Shown here piece after piece: positions 45,724-54,526 of a DNA stretch of 60,640 nucleotides. This stretch comes from a virus. Lineage: Duplodnaviria > Caudoviricetes. The position numbers and the translations under genes were made by a program. The stretch lies in IMG/VR virus record IMGVR_UViG_3300047635_000036, positions 1-60,640 of that record. One strand, given 5' to 3'. The first letter of the stretch is position 1. Every line of letters starts with the position of its first letter. The notes below the pieces were generated by a model that saw only the letters and a program-made list of their open reading frames with translations, did no database searches and had not been told where the DNA came from.

Positions 45724-46848
45724 ATGAGACCGGTCAGCGCGGCGTTCAACCGCATCGTCCGCGGCAGCCACTCCATCGACGTCACCGCCCGGGTCCTGAC
45801 CACCTACCAGGAGGGCGTGAGCCCGGTCGGGACGGACCTGCAGGTCATCCACGGCGAGGTCCACATGGACTCCACCGCCGACGTGCGGAGCACCCTGACC
45901 CTGGAGGTCAACGGGAACGACATGTGGCCGCTCGAGCCGACCGGACTGCTCACCCCGTACGGGAACGAGGTGTTTGTCCAGCGCGGCGTGGTGGTCTCCG
46001 CCGACGGCTCCTCCGAACTCGTCTCCCTCGGGTACTTCCGCATCTACTCGGTCGACCAGGACGGCACCACGGACACCTCCATCACCCTGGAGTGCCGGGA
46101 TCGGATGTCCGGGATCGTGGACGCCAGGCTGGAGGCACCGATCCAGTTCCAGTCCTCCCAGTCCGTGCAGGACGTCTTTACCCAGCTCGTGCAGGACGTC
46201 TACCCGACCGCCACGATCGTCTTCGACTTCAACGCGGCCGGCACGCTGCTCGGCGCCGACCAGGTGGCCGACGAGGACCGCTACGGCTTCCTGCTGGACG
46301 TGGCCCGCTCCCGCGGGAAGGTCATCTACTGGGACTACGCGGGCCGGCTCCAGGTGAAGACGGCGCCCGACCCCCGCGTGCCCGTCTTCGACGTGAACGC
46401 GGGCCACAACGGCGTCCTGATCCGGCTGCGGCGCACGCTGGACCGGGACGGGGTCTACAACGCGGTCGTCGCGCTCGGCGAGTCCCCCAGCGGCGACGAG
46501 CCGGTCCGGGCCGTCGCCCGGGACCTCGACCCGACGTCGCCCACCAGGTGGGGCGGCCGGTTCGGCAAGGTGCCCCGGTTCTTCTACTCGGCGTTCATGC
46601 GCACCGTCCAGCAGGCCTCGGACGCGGCGGTGGCGATGCTGCAGCGCAGCATCGGCCTGCCGTACAACGTGGACTTCAGCGCGGTACCCAACCCGGCCCT
46701 CGAGCCGCTGGACCCGATCCTGGTCACCCACGAGGACAAGTCGGAGCTGCACGTCATCGAGACCCTCACCATCCCGCTGCAGCAGGACGACCCGATGTCC
46801 GGCACCACCCGCAAGCAGACCGGCTCCGTGATCGAGGTGAGCACGTGA
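45724..46848 (+). CDS. Minor tail / baseplate hub protein (DUF5047-like)
   Basis: LTPYGNE, SLGYFRI, GVYNAVV, FGKVPRFF, VPNPALEP.D. Confidence 0.8.
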   Translation: MRPVSAAFNRIVRGSHSIDVTARVLTTYQEGVSPVGTDLQVIHGEVHMDSTADVRSTLTLEVNGNDMWPLEPTGLLTPYGNEVFVQRGVVVSADGSSELVSLGYFRIYSVDQDGTTDTSITLECRDRMSGIVDARLEAPIQFQSSQSVQDVFTQLVQDVYPTATIVFDFNAAGTLLGADQVADEDRYGFLLDVARSRGKVIYWDYAGRLQVKTAPDPRVPVFDVNAGHNGVLIRLRRTLDRDGVYNAVVALGESPSGDEPVRAVARDLDPTSPTRWGGRFGKVPRFFYSAFMRTVQQASDAAVAMLQRSIGLPYNVDFSAVPNPALEPLDPILVTHEDKSELHVIETLTIPLQQDDPMSGTTRKQTGSVIEVST

Positions 46849-47525
46849 GCAGCAGGACCGACGACCTCACCCAGTTCCTCAGCGTCACCACCTCGCTGGC
46901 CAGCGCGGGACGCAACGGGAGCTCGGACAGCGAGATCAGCTTCCACCAGGGGAAGATCCTGTCCTGGAACGGCTCGGGCGGCACCAACACCATCGAGGTA
47001 GCCGGCGCGACGCTGGAGAACCTGCCGGCGCTCACCTCGGCCGGCCTGATCGCCCTGCGCGAGGGCGACGTGGTCGGCGTGCTGCGCTACCGGACGTCCT
47101 ACTTCGTGCTAGGGCGAGTGGTGGCGCTGAACACCCAGCTCGTCGAGCCGCAGTGGCCGATCGTGGTGTACCCGCAGTTCCAGCGCAGCGAGGCGCTGGG
47201 CACCAGCGGGTACACCAGCATCGCGGCCACCTCGCTGTTCACGTGGGAGGGCCGGATCCGGGCCAGCCACCCGAAGGTCGAGGTCGACGGGGTGTGGGGG
47301 CAGTCGAGCGGGTCGAACACGACCACCTACGCGATCAAGCTCGGGGGCGCCGTCGTGGGCCAGTGGACGGTGGGCGGGGCGCTGGAGGTCGCCCGGCACG
47401 GCCCGTACGACATCAGCCAGTTCATCGGCCAGGACTGGCTCAAGATAGAGGTCGCGATCACCGCCAGCACCGGTACCGGGCAGGTCGCCTTCCAGCCCCT
47501 CGGCCTGTACTTCCGGCAGACCTAG
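46845..47525 (+). CDS. Minor tail protein
   Basis: GTGA overlap; N-terminal OB-like GDVVGVL..YFVLGRV. Confidence 0.7.
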   Translation: MSSRTDDLTQFLSVTTSLASAGRNGSSDSEISFHQGKILSWNGSGGTNTIEVAGATLENLPALTSAGLIALREGDVVGVLRYRTSYFVLGRVVALNTQLVEPQWPIVVYPQFQRSEALGTSGYTSIAATSLFTWEGRIRASHPKVEVDGVWGQSSGSNTTTYAIKLGGAVVGQWTVGGALEVARHGPYDISQFIGQDWLKIEVAITASTGTGQVAFQPLGLYFRQT

Positions 47526-47538
47526 GAGGTCACCCCCG

Positions 47539-48141
47539 ATGCCCGTCACTCCGATCTACGGTATCCCGTACCCGGCCCTGTCCGACCCCCCGAACGGGCC
47601 GAGCCAGATGCAGGCGCTCGCCCTGGAGGTGGAGACCGAGCTCGCTCGGATCGACGCCGTGGACGGCACGCAGAACGCGAACATCTCCGCCCTGCAGTCC
47701 GCGACCAACGTGCCCACGTTCTTCATCCGCAACACCGCCGCGCAGTCGCTCAACAACACGACGTTCACCGCGCTGCTGTTCAACACCGAGGACAACGACA
47801 GCGATAACGGGCACTCCACGGTCACCAACACCGACCGATACACCGTGCCGAAGTCGGGGCTCTGGCAGGCGTCGGCCGGGGTGAGCTTCGCCACCAACGT
47901 GACCGGGATCCGGTTCATCCGGCTCACGCTCAACGGCACGCCCATCGCCGGGTCGGCGAACTCCTCCCCCCAGCTCGGGGCCGGCGAGTTCTCGCAGGTG
48001 ATCACCCGCGTGGTGCGCGTCCAGTGCTCCGCCGGGGACATCCTGCGCGTCGAGGGCTGGCAGTCCGGCGGCGGCGCCCTCAACACCGGCACCACCAGCG
48101 AGGTCCAGCCGAGCTTCACCGGCCAGTGGCTCAAGACGTAG
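47539..48141 (+). CDS. Tail fibre / receptor-binding protein with C1q-like head
   Basis: TPIYGIPYP N-terminus, short coiled coil, FNTED..RYTVPKSGLW..AGD beta domain. Confidence 0.7.
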   Translation: MPVTPIYGIPYPALSDPPNGPSQMQALALEVETELARIDAVDGTQNANISALQSATNVPTFFIRNTAAQSLNNTTFTALLFNTEDNDSDNGHSTVTNTDRYTVPKSGLWQASAGVSFATNVTGIRFIRLTLNGTPIAGSANSSPQLGAGEFSQVITRVVRVQCSAGDILRVEGWQSGGGALNTGTTSEVQPSFTGQWLKT

Positions 48142-48154
48142 TAGACTAGCCACC

Positions 48155-49243
48155 GTGAAGGTACTGGTCATTCCCGCCGATCAGCACGGCTGCGGCGCCC
48201 ACCGGCTGATCTGGCCGAGCGAGGAGCTGCTGCGCGCCGGCCACGACGTCACGGTGGTTGACCCAGGCGCCCGCCGCCTGGAGCTGCACATGGCCGGGGA
48301 CGAGGTGGTCGGCGTCAACCTCGACCCCTCCTACGAGGTCGTGGTGATGCAGCGGGTCTCCCACGCCTACCTCGCCCAGGCCGTGGGCGTGCTGCGCCGG
48401 CAGGGCCACGCGGTGGTGGTCGACGTCGACGACGACCTGGGCGCCATCCACCCGGCCAACCCGGCATTCGCCTGGCTGCACCCCACCAAGAGCCCCAAGG
48501 AGACGGTGGGCGGCCAGCCGAACCTGCACTCCTGGGCGAACGTAGCGCGGGCCTGCCGGGACGCCTCGCTGGTCACCGCGACGACGCCCGCCCTGCAGCA
48601 GCGTTACGCGGCGCACGGGCGCGGCGTCGTGCTCCCCAACTACCTCGCCGGGCACTACTACGGGGTCCCGCACGAGGACTCCGACCTGGTCGGCTGGCCG
48701 GCGGCGCTGCACTCCCACCCGGACGACCCGAGCGCGGTCGGTCCCGCCGTGGCGCGCCTGGTCGGGGAGGGCGTCCGGTTCCGCGGATTCGGGCTGGCCG
48801 ACGACCTGGGGAAGGCCTTCGGCGTGCCGCGCGAGCACTGGACCAGGATCGACGGCTGCCGCGAGGCAATCGACCTGCTGGACTGGCCGGCCCGAGTCGC
48901 CGAGTTGGGGATCGGGCTGGCCCCGCTCGTCGACACCCGGTTCAACCAGTCGAAGTCGTGGCTGAAGATCCTGGAACTCTCGGCGGCCGGGGTGCCCTGG
49001 ATCGGCTCCCCGCGCGCCGAGTACCAGCGGCTGCACCGGCTGGGCTGCGGGATACTGGTGGACCGACCCAAGGACTGGTACTCCCGGATCCGGCGCCTGG
49101 TCGGCGACCCGGCCCTGCGCGCGGACCTCTCCGCCGCGGGGCGGGCGGTGGCCGAGGGGCTGCGCCTGCGCGACCACGCGTGGCGCTGGGCCGAGGCCTG
49201 GGAGCACGCCCTGGACCTCGACGGACGACTGGTGAGGAGCTGA
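48155..49243 (+). CDS. GT-B fold (GT4-like) glycosyltransferase
   Basis: GCGAHRL..P, VVMQR, VDVDDD, IGLAPL..FNQSKSWLKILELSAAGVP. Confidence 0.85.
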   Translation: MKVLVIPADQHGCGAHRLIWPSEELLRAGHDVTVVDPGARRLELHMAGDEVVGVNLDPSYEVVVMQRVSHAYLAQAVGVLRRQGHAVVVDVDDDLGAIHPANPAFAWLHPTKSPKETVGGQPNLHSWANVARACRDASLVTATTPALQQRYAAHGRGVVLPNYLAGHYYGVPHEDSDLVGWPAALHSHPDDPSAVGPAVARLVGEGVRFRGFGLADDLGKAFGVPREHWTRIDGCREAIDLLDWPARVAELGIGLAPLVDTRFNQSKSWLKILELSAAGVPWIGSPRAEYQRLHRLGCGILVDRPKDWYSRIRRLVGDPALRADLSAAGRAVAEGLRLRDHAWRWAEAWEHALDLDGRLVRS

Positions 49244-49248
49244 TCGAC

Positions 49249-49596
49249 GTGGCCGCTACCCTCGACGAAGCCACCTACGACGACCCGTACGACCTCGGCG
49301 AGGGGGTGCGCGGCTGCTACGTCGGCTGGGCCCCCGACCGCGAGCTGAACCCGCAGTACGAGGGCGTCCCCGACGAGCCCCGGTACGGCCTGATCGAGTT
49401 CCACCGGACCCCCGAGGGCGAGCCCTGCAGCGGCACGGTGACCTTCGACGGGGAGGTCCAGCGCAGGGTCGAGGCCTCCGGTCGACCGACGTGGACGGTG
49501 GAGTCCTGGGACCCGCTGACGCTGAGCCCCTCGATCCTCTGCCAGCGGTGCGGGCACCACGGATTCATCAGGGAAGGGCGCTGGGTCAGCGCGTAA
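49249..49596 (+). CDS. DUF6527-like protein
   Basis: PLTLSPSILCQRCGHHGFIREGRW. Confidence 0.7.
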   Translation: MAATLDEATYDDPYDLGEGVRGCYVGWAPDRELNPQYEGVPDEPRYGLIEFHRTPEGEPCSGTVTFDGEVQRRVEASGRPTWTVESWDPLTLSPSILCQRCGHHGFIREGRWVSA

Positions 49597-49654
49597 GCGA
49601 GATCGGACCGGCGTCCTTCGGGACCCGGTCCGACCTCGACTCGCCGCGCTGTCA

Positions 49655-49771
49655 TCACCGAGAGGTCTGGCCGCACTGCCCCGGGGTCCGGCTGCACCCG
49701 TTGAACGAGTCGGGCTGCTTGCAGGCCGCGAGCGCCAGCAAGACGACGACCAGCGCGACCGCCCGCCTCAC
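49655..49771 (-). CDS. 38-aa lipoprotein
   Basis: Signal peptide and lipobox LAAC; RBS aaggg; GTGA overlap. Confidence 0.55.
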   Translation of the reverse strand: MRRAVALVVVLLALAACKQPDSFNGCSRTPGQCGQTSR

Positions 49772-50058
49772 TTGCTGCCCTTCTTGATCGGACCCGGGTC
49801 GTCGGAGCACTCCGGCCAGTGCGCCTTCGGGACGCAGGCCGGCCAGTCGGCCCCCTCCCCCGACCCCACCGTGTGGAGATTGTGGTCCGAGTCGTAGACG
49901 ATCTTCAACTGGAGCGTGCCGTTCTTCAGCACGGTCCGGGACTGCACGACCCCCGTCTCGTGCACGTTGGGGCTGTGGCCCTGACACGCCGCCAGCGCCG
50001 CCGCCAGCGCGATCGCGGCGGCCGAGACCGCCGCCCCGCGCCTCCATCTTCCGTCCAC
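49768..50058 (-). CDS. Lipoprotein
   Basis: Signal peptide and lipobox LAAC; WPAC/WPEC. Confidence 0.7.
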   Translation of the reverse strand: MDGRWRRGAAVSAAAIALAAALAACQGHSPNVHETGVVQSRTVLKNGTLQLKIVYDSDHNLHTVGSGEGADWPACVPKAHWPECSDDPGPIKKGSK

Positions 50059-50088
50059 TATCTCTCCATCTCCCTTCGCTCGGTCTTC

Positions 50089-50829
50089 CTAGGACTGGAT
50101 CTGGGGGCGCCCGGAACCCACCTCGGCCTCGTTGACTCGGGCGAGGCGCCCGGCCCGCCGACCGGCGTCCCTGGCGTTCCCGTCGCCGACCATGCGAGAG
50201 CGCACTTTCCGGATGTCCGGGTGCCGGTCGGCCATGTGCACGTCCAGGTGGGCCGCGCGGCTGACGATCGCCAGCGCGGTCCCCGGCTCGGCGAGCTCGG
50301 CCTCGGCCTCGGTCCCCCTGCGCTGGATCATGAGCCGGTCCCGAACGCCCTCCCCGAAGCTGATCAGGAACTGGCGCCGGGCGCGGAACCTCTCGTTGGG
50401 CGTGTCGTACCACCACCGCTCGTCGGCCCACCAGCGCTTCAGCGCGTCCGAAGACTGCATGCCGATCGAGGTGATCAGCACCATCGCGGCGTCCACGTCG
50501 GAGGCGTGGCCCACGACGTAGAAGACGTCGTAGTTTCGGTGCGACACGTAGAACTCTCGGCAGGTCCCGAGCCCGCTCACCACGGAGAAGGCGAGCCTGC
50601 GCAGCGCGACCCGGTAGGAGCCGGTCATCTTGATGGCGACGGTCCTGATCTCCTCGCGTCGCGCGTCGTCGGGCGCCATCAGCGCCTCGACCCTGGCCTG
50701 GTCGATCCCGTGCCGCACCATGAGGGCGGCCGCGTGCGCGGTGAAGGTCCGGGCCTCGTCCTCGTTGTCGGTTCCCTCGGCCTGGCGCAGCAGCTTGGCG
50801 ATCTTGTCGGCGATCTTGTCCTCGGTCAC
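50089..50829 (-). CDS. DUF2786 domain protein
   Basis: DKIAKLLRQAE...EA...AAALMVRHGID. Confidence 0.85.
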   Translation of the reverse strand: MTEDKIADKIAKLLRQAEGTDNEDEARTFTAHAAALMVRHGIDQARVEALMAPDDARREEIRTVAIKMTGSYRVALRRLAFSVVSGLGTCREFYVSHRNYDVFYVVGHASDVDAAMVLITSIGMQSSDALKRWWADERWWYDTPNERFRARRQFLISFGEGVRDRLMIQRRGTEAEAELAEPGTALAIVSRAAHLDVHMADRHPDIRKVRSRMVGDGNARDAGRRAGRLARVNEAEVGSGRPQIQS

Positions 50830-51221
50830 CGGTCACCTCCCTGGTAGACCCTGACGTCGCGGTGGGTCGGGAACCCGACGGCGGGCGCCCCGTGGTGGAC
50901 GAGGAAGGCGACGAGCTCCCAGGTGGCGTTGGTGCGGGTGTGCAGCCGGTAGGGGCGCTCGATCGGTCTGTAGAGGGTAGCGGGGACCGCGTCTCGGGAG
51001 TGCCCGAGGTCGTCGATCCCGATGCCCCGGAAGGCGCTGCGGTGCACGGTGAAGGTCCATCCCGTGCCGGTATCGGCCGGCCTGACCCAGCCCAGCAGCC
51101 GGTCGTTGTCGCGCCGGCGCACCTGGTAGCCGCCGAACGTGTGCCGCGCGTACCGGACGTACACGGCGTGGCGCGCGCCGCGCTGGGTGAAGACGACGTG
51201 CGGCCTGGTCCTCGTGTTCAT
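50826..51221 (-). CDS. Hypothetical protein
   Basis: RBS ggagg and own promoter. Confidence 0.65.
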   Translation of the reverse strand: MNTRTRPHVVFTQRGARHAVYVRYARHTFGGYQVRRRDNDRLLGWVRPADTGTGWTFTVHRSAFRGIGIDDLGHSRDAVPATLYRPIERPYRLHTRTNATWELVAFLVHHGAPAVGFPTHRDVRVYQGGDR

Positions 51222-51249
51222 CGTTCCTCCGTTCCTCGGTCGTAGACTA

Positions 51250-51279
51250 ACCATACCGATCGCGCGGTAGGCGCGTCAA
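51250..51279 (-). promoter_or_regulatory. Promoter TTGACG-N18-TATGGT
   Basis: Same spacing as left-arm promoters; GACCGA leader follows. Confidence 0.7.
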
Positions 51280-51683
51280 GTCACCCGGGCGCGCAGGGGC
51301 CAGGAGTGGGCGCAGGCGACGCAGACCCCGCTCCCCTCCTCGGACACCACCGCCACGCTCGCGCACACCGGGCAGCGCTTGCGCGCTGCGGGGCGCCCGA
51401 GCAGGCCGCGCTGGTAGGCGGTCAGGCCGCCCCACACCCCGAAGTCCTCTCCGCGTCCGGCGGCGTCGCAGTCGTCTCGGACCGGGCAGCGGCCGCAGTA
51501 CGCCCTCTGCTCCTCGGTCGGGTAGGCGGGCTCCGCGCTGTCCTCGTTGTCGGGGTCTTCGAGAAGGAAGAACAGGTCCGGCGGCGCGCCCTGACACGCG
51601 GCGTGGTCTCGCCACGCCCGCCGGTCCGCGCGCCACCGGAACCCGTCCCGGGGGTCGTCGTACGCGGGATCCGCAACCGACAA
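51276..51683 (-). CDS. whiB: WhiB family transcription factor with C-terminal zinc ribbon
   Basis: WRDHAAC, DLFF, CGRCPVRDDC, GVWGGLT; extra CPVC..CVAC. Confidence 0.9.
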   Translation of the reverse strand: MSVADPAYDDPRDGFRWRADRRAWRDHAACQGAPPDLFFLLEDPDNEDSAEPAYPTEEQRAYCGRCPVRDDCDAAGRGEDFGVWGGLTAYQRGLLGRPAARKRCPVCASVAVVSEEGSGVCVACAHSWPLRARVT

Positions 51684-51700
51684 CTCGACCCCCTCTGCGG

Positions 51701-52201
51701 CTAGAGCCGGGTGGCTCGGTACAGGACCTCGTCCTCGTCTTGGATCACGAAGCCCCCGGCGACCGGGCCGACCTCCTCGAAGACGCGCTTGGTCGGCGTC
51801 GGCGCCTCGGTCGGGGCGACGGCGCCCGCCTTCGGGACGTAGCCGCCGACCGAGACCCCGACCGACGAGTTGGCGTCCTGGGGAGAGAAGGGTCCGCTGA
51901 GGACCACCGGGCCGTTCATCGGGGTCGTCGGCGGGGCCTCGGAGGCGTCCGGCAGCCCGGGAACCACGTACCGCCAGGAGTTGCCGCGAATCACGGTCTC
52001 GATCTGCTTGCTGGGGTGGTTCGGGTTCTCCCGGTTGTAGTAGCGGAAGCTGTTGATGCTGTTGCGGATGCGTTCCTCGGGGATACGCGTCGACGTGGAG
52101 ATCATCTTGATCGTGACGACCTGGTTCGGGTGCCTGGCGAAGTAGTCGACGATCCGGTTGATGACTGCCTTACTCCGCTTGACCTTGGGTTTCTCCGACA
52201 A
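51701..52201 (-). CDS. Winged-helix DNA-binding protein
   Basis: TTG after aggagg; IVDYFARHPNQVVTIKMIS...IRNSI...RGNSWRY. Confidence 0.6.
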   Translation of the reverse strand: MSEKPKVKRSKAVINRIVDYFARHPNQVVTIKMISTSTRIPEERIRNSINSFRYYNRENPNHPSKQIETVIRGNSWRYVVPGLPDASEAPPTTPMNGPVVLSGPFSPQDANSSVGVSVGGYVPKAGAVAPTEAPTPTKRVFEEVGPVAGGFVIQDEDEVLYRATRL

Positions 52202-52472
52202 CTCGGTTCCTCCTGTCTGACGTTCACTGGTCTCGATCCGGTGGGGCCGCCGACGCCCGGGAGGGAGTGCTGACTCCCGGACGCCGGCGGGGCTCAGAGA
52301 TGGGCGGTACTGACGGTGTCCACGTGCGGTCCGGTCTCCTCGATCTAGTCGTTCGACGTTCTGGATATTTTCTAGCACATAGTTAAGTGCTGTGTCCACT
52401 AGCTGGGACCGCGTCCGTCCGACAGGTCTGGTGTCGGGTGGGACCACCGGGCGGACGCGGTCCTTTCCGAGG

Positions 52473-52694
52473 CTACGCCGGCCTCCAGTAGTGCCTCTTG
52501 CCGATCGAGGCGTGCCGGACGAGCCCCTCGGCCTGCAGCCGCCGCAGGGCCAGGTAGACCACGCTGGGCGAGACCTTCAGCGCCTCGGCCAGCTCGTACT
52601 TCGTCATGTCGGGCACCTCCCGCAGGACCTGAAGCAGCCGCTCGTCACGCTGGATCGTCTCCTGGGGCCTCGGTCGGCCACGCCGCCTCGCCAT
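52473..52694 (-). CDS. Helix-turn-helix DNA-binding protein
   Basis: RRGRPR; MTKYELAEALKVSPSVVYLALRRLQAEGLV. Confidence 0.8.
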   Translation of the reverse strand: MARRRGRPRPQETIQRDERLLQVLREVPDMTKYELAEALKVSPSVVYLALRRLQAEGLVRHASIGKRHYWRPA

Positions 52695-53718
52695 CGCCCG
52701 CCTCCTTCCGGGGGGTCGGGCTGGGGGCGCTCGCGCGCCACCGGCCCACCTGGTGCTCGACCCAGGCGTAGGTGTGCGCGACCCCGCCGACCAGCGCGGT
52801 GCCGGGCTCCCAGTCCAGGTACTTGCGGATGAGGGTGTTGTCCGACCCGCGGCTGCGCACGCCGTACGGGGCGTCCGGCAGGTAGCGCCGCTCGACGGTC
52901 ACCTCGGCCGCGTACTCGATCGTCGAGAGGAGCTCGTCGACGGTGTGCCGGTCGGCGGAGCCGAGGTTGAGCGGCTCGTCCACCTCGGACCGCGCGATCC
53001 GCAGGATGCCCTCCACGCAGTCGTTGGAGTGGGTGAACGAGCGGACTTGGGTGCCGTCCCCCCACACCGCGACGTGGTCCGCGAAGCCGAGCTTGACCTC
53101 GGCGACCTGCCGGCACAGCGCGGTCACCACCTGCTCCCGTCCGCCGCGCCACGGGGAGTAGGGGCCGTAGACGGCGTGCAGCCGGGCGACGCGGGTCTGC
53201 AGGCCGCCCTCCTCCTGGAAGTGCCGGCACAGCCGCTCGCCGAACAGGCGCTCCCAGCCGTGGCCGCCCTCGGCCTCGGCCGGGTAGGCGTCCTGCTCGC
53301 GCAGCGCCGCCGCGTCGCCCTCGCGCTGCAGGTGCCGCGGGTACACCGCGGCCGACGACGCGTAGAAGACGCGTCCCCAGCCGTAGTGCGCTGCCGCCTC
53401 CAGCACGTTCACCGTCGCCTTGATCGACATCGCGGGGGCGAGCTGGTTGTTGCTGACGTAGCCGATGCCGCCGGTGTCCGCCGCCAGGTGGTAGACCTCG
53501 TCGAACGGTCGACGCTCCATGCTCGCCAGCAGCTCCAGGGCCTGCGGCTCGGAGACGTCCATCAGGTCGAAGGTCCTGGCGCTGAGGTGGTGGTCCTGCC
53601 ACCAGTCGGCGCGGGACTTGCGGTCGACGGCGACCACCTCGTGGCCGTCCTTGGCGAGGCGGCCGACGAGGTGGCCGCCGACGAAGCCGCCGGCGCCGAG
53701 TACGAGTGCGTAGCTCAC
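52645..53718 (-). CDS. GDP-mannose 3,5-epimerase-like NAD-dependent epimerase
   Basis: GAGGFVG, HLAADTGGIGY, YASSAAVYP, DAYPA, HGWER (for YxxxK), WGDGTQVRSF, GVRSRGSDN. Confidence 0.85.
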   Translation of the reverse strand: MSYALVLGAGGFVGGHLVGRLAKDGHEVVAVDRKSRADWWQDHHLSARTFDLMDVSEPQALELLASMERRPFDEVYHLAADTGGIGYVSNNQLAPAMSIKATVNVLEAAAHYGWGRVFYASSAAVYPRHLQREGDAAALREQDAYPAEAEGGHGWERLFGERLCRHFQEEGGLQTRVARLHAVYGPYSPWRGGREQVVTALCRQVAEVKLGFADHVAVWGDGTQVRSFTHSNDCVEGILRIARSEVDEPLNLGSADRHTVDELLSTIEYAAEVTVERRYLPDAPYGVRSRGSDNTLIRKYLDWEPGTALVGGVAHTYAWVEHQVGRWRASAPSPTPRKEAGDGEAAWPTEAPGDDPA

Positions 53719-53936
53719 GGTGGGGGTCTCTCCTCTTCGTTCTTACGGTCGGTTCTCAGTTCGCGGTCCGGAGCCCAGCACTGGAGCCCGGCCTGGTCGT
53801 CGAGGTCGATGACCCAGCCCGCCTCCTTCCCGGCGTCCATCGAGGCACTGATCGTCCCCGAGATCCCGGACCAGGGGTGGTCGGGAGCGACGATCGTGAC
53901 CCGGTCCCCCGGTGCGTAGCGGTAGTCGTCCGTCAC
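53715..53936 (-). CDS. Small SH3/KOW-like protein
   Basis: PGDRVTI...GISGTI. Confidence 0.55.
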   Translation of the reverse strand: MTDDYRYAPGDRVTIVAPDHPWSGISGTISASMDAGKEAGWVIDLDDQAGLQCWAPDRELRTDRKNEEERPPP

Positions 53937-54262
53937 CGAGGTACCGCCTTACTGTGCTGCGGGTGGACGTGATGCCAGGTACCGGCCGTCACGTCGAGTT
54001 CCACGTGCCTGCACCCCTCGACCAGCGCGCGGGCCAGGGTCGGCACGACCAGTGCGCAGCCGTCCGAGTACCACCACTGCTCGGTCTGGACCTCGCGGAT
54101 CGGGCGCCCCTCGCTGCGGTCGAACGACCTCGGAACCGTGGTCCGTGCGGAGACCGTGACGTACTGGCCGACCTCGGTGACCATCGCGGGGTGGCACCGG
54201 AGATCGTCGGGGGGTCCGTCGACGTAGTGGACGACGGTGCCCACGGCGGGGCACTCGCTCAC
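53933..54262 (-). CDS. Hypothetical protein
   Basis: PAVGTVVHYV..PAMVTEV..GTWH. Confidence 0.65.
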   Translation of the reverse strand: MSECPAVGTVVHYVDGPPDDLRCHPAMVTEVGQYVTVSARTTVPRSFDRSEGRPIREVQTEQWWYSDGCALVVPTLARALVEGCRHVELDVTAGTWHHVHPQHSKAVPR

Positions 54263-54516
54263 GGCGTCACGTCCGGGCCGGGCAGCGGGGGCGGGAACGG
54301 CGGCACCAGGTCCGGGGCCGCGAGCCAGCCGTGCGAGTCCGCGGTCCGGAACGCCCGCGCGAAGCGCCAGCGTTCCGGCCTCGAGAGCGTCACCGTGCCG
54401 TCGTCGTGGTGCACCACGGAGAGGACCTCGCCCGCGTTGTGGAACATCCACACCAGCGAGTCTGCGGCGGACTGCGTCCAGACGTCGTGGTTGACCGACT
54501 GGGTCGTATCGGACAC
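54259..54516 (-). CDS. Hypothetical protein
   Basis: RBS aggagg, coupled to next gene. Confidence 0.6.
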   Translation of the reverse strand: MSDTTQSVNHDVWTQSAADSLVWMFHNAGEVLSVVHHDDGTVTLSRPERWRFARAFRTADSHGWLAAPDLVPPFPPPLPGPDVTP

Positions 54517-54526
54517 GGTCGGCCTC

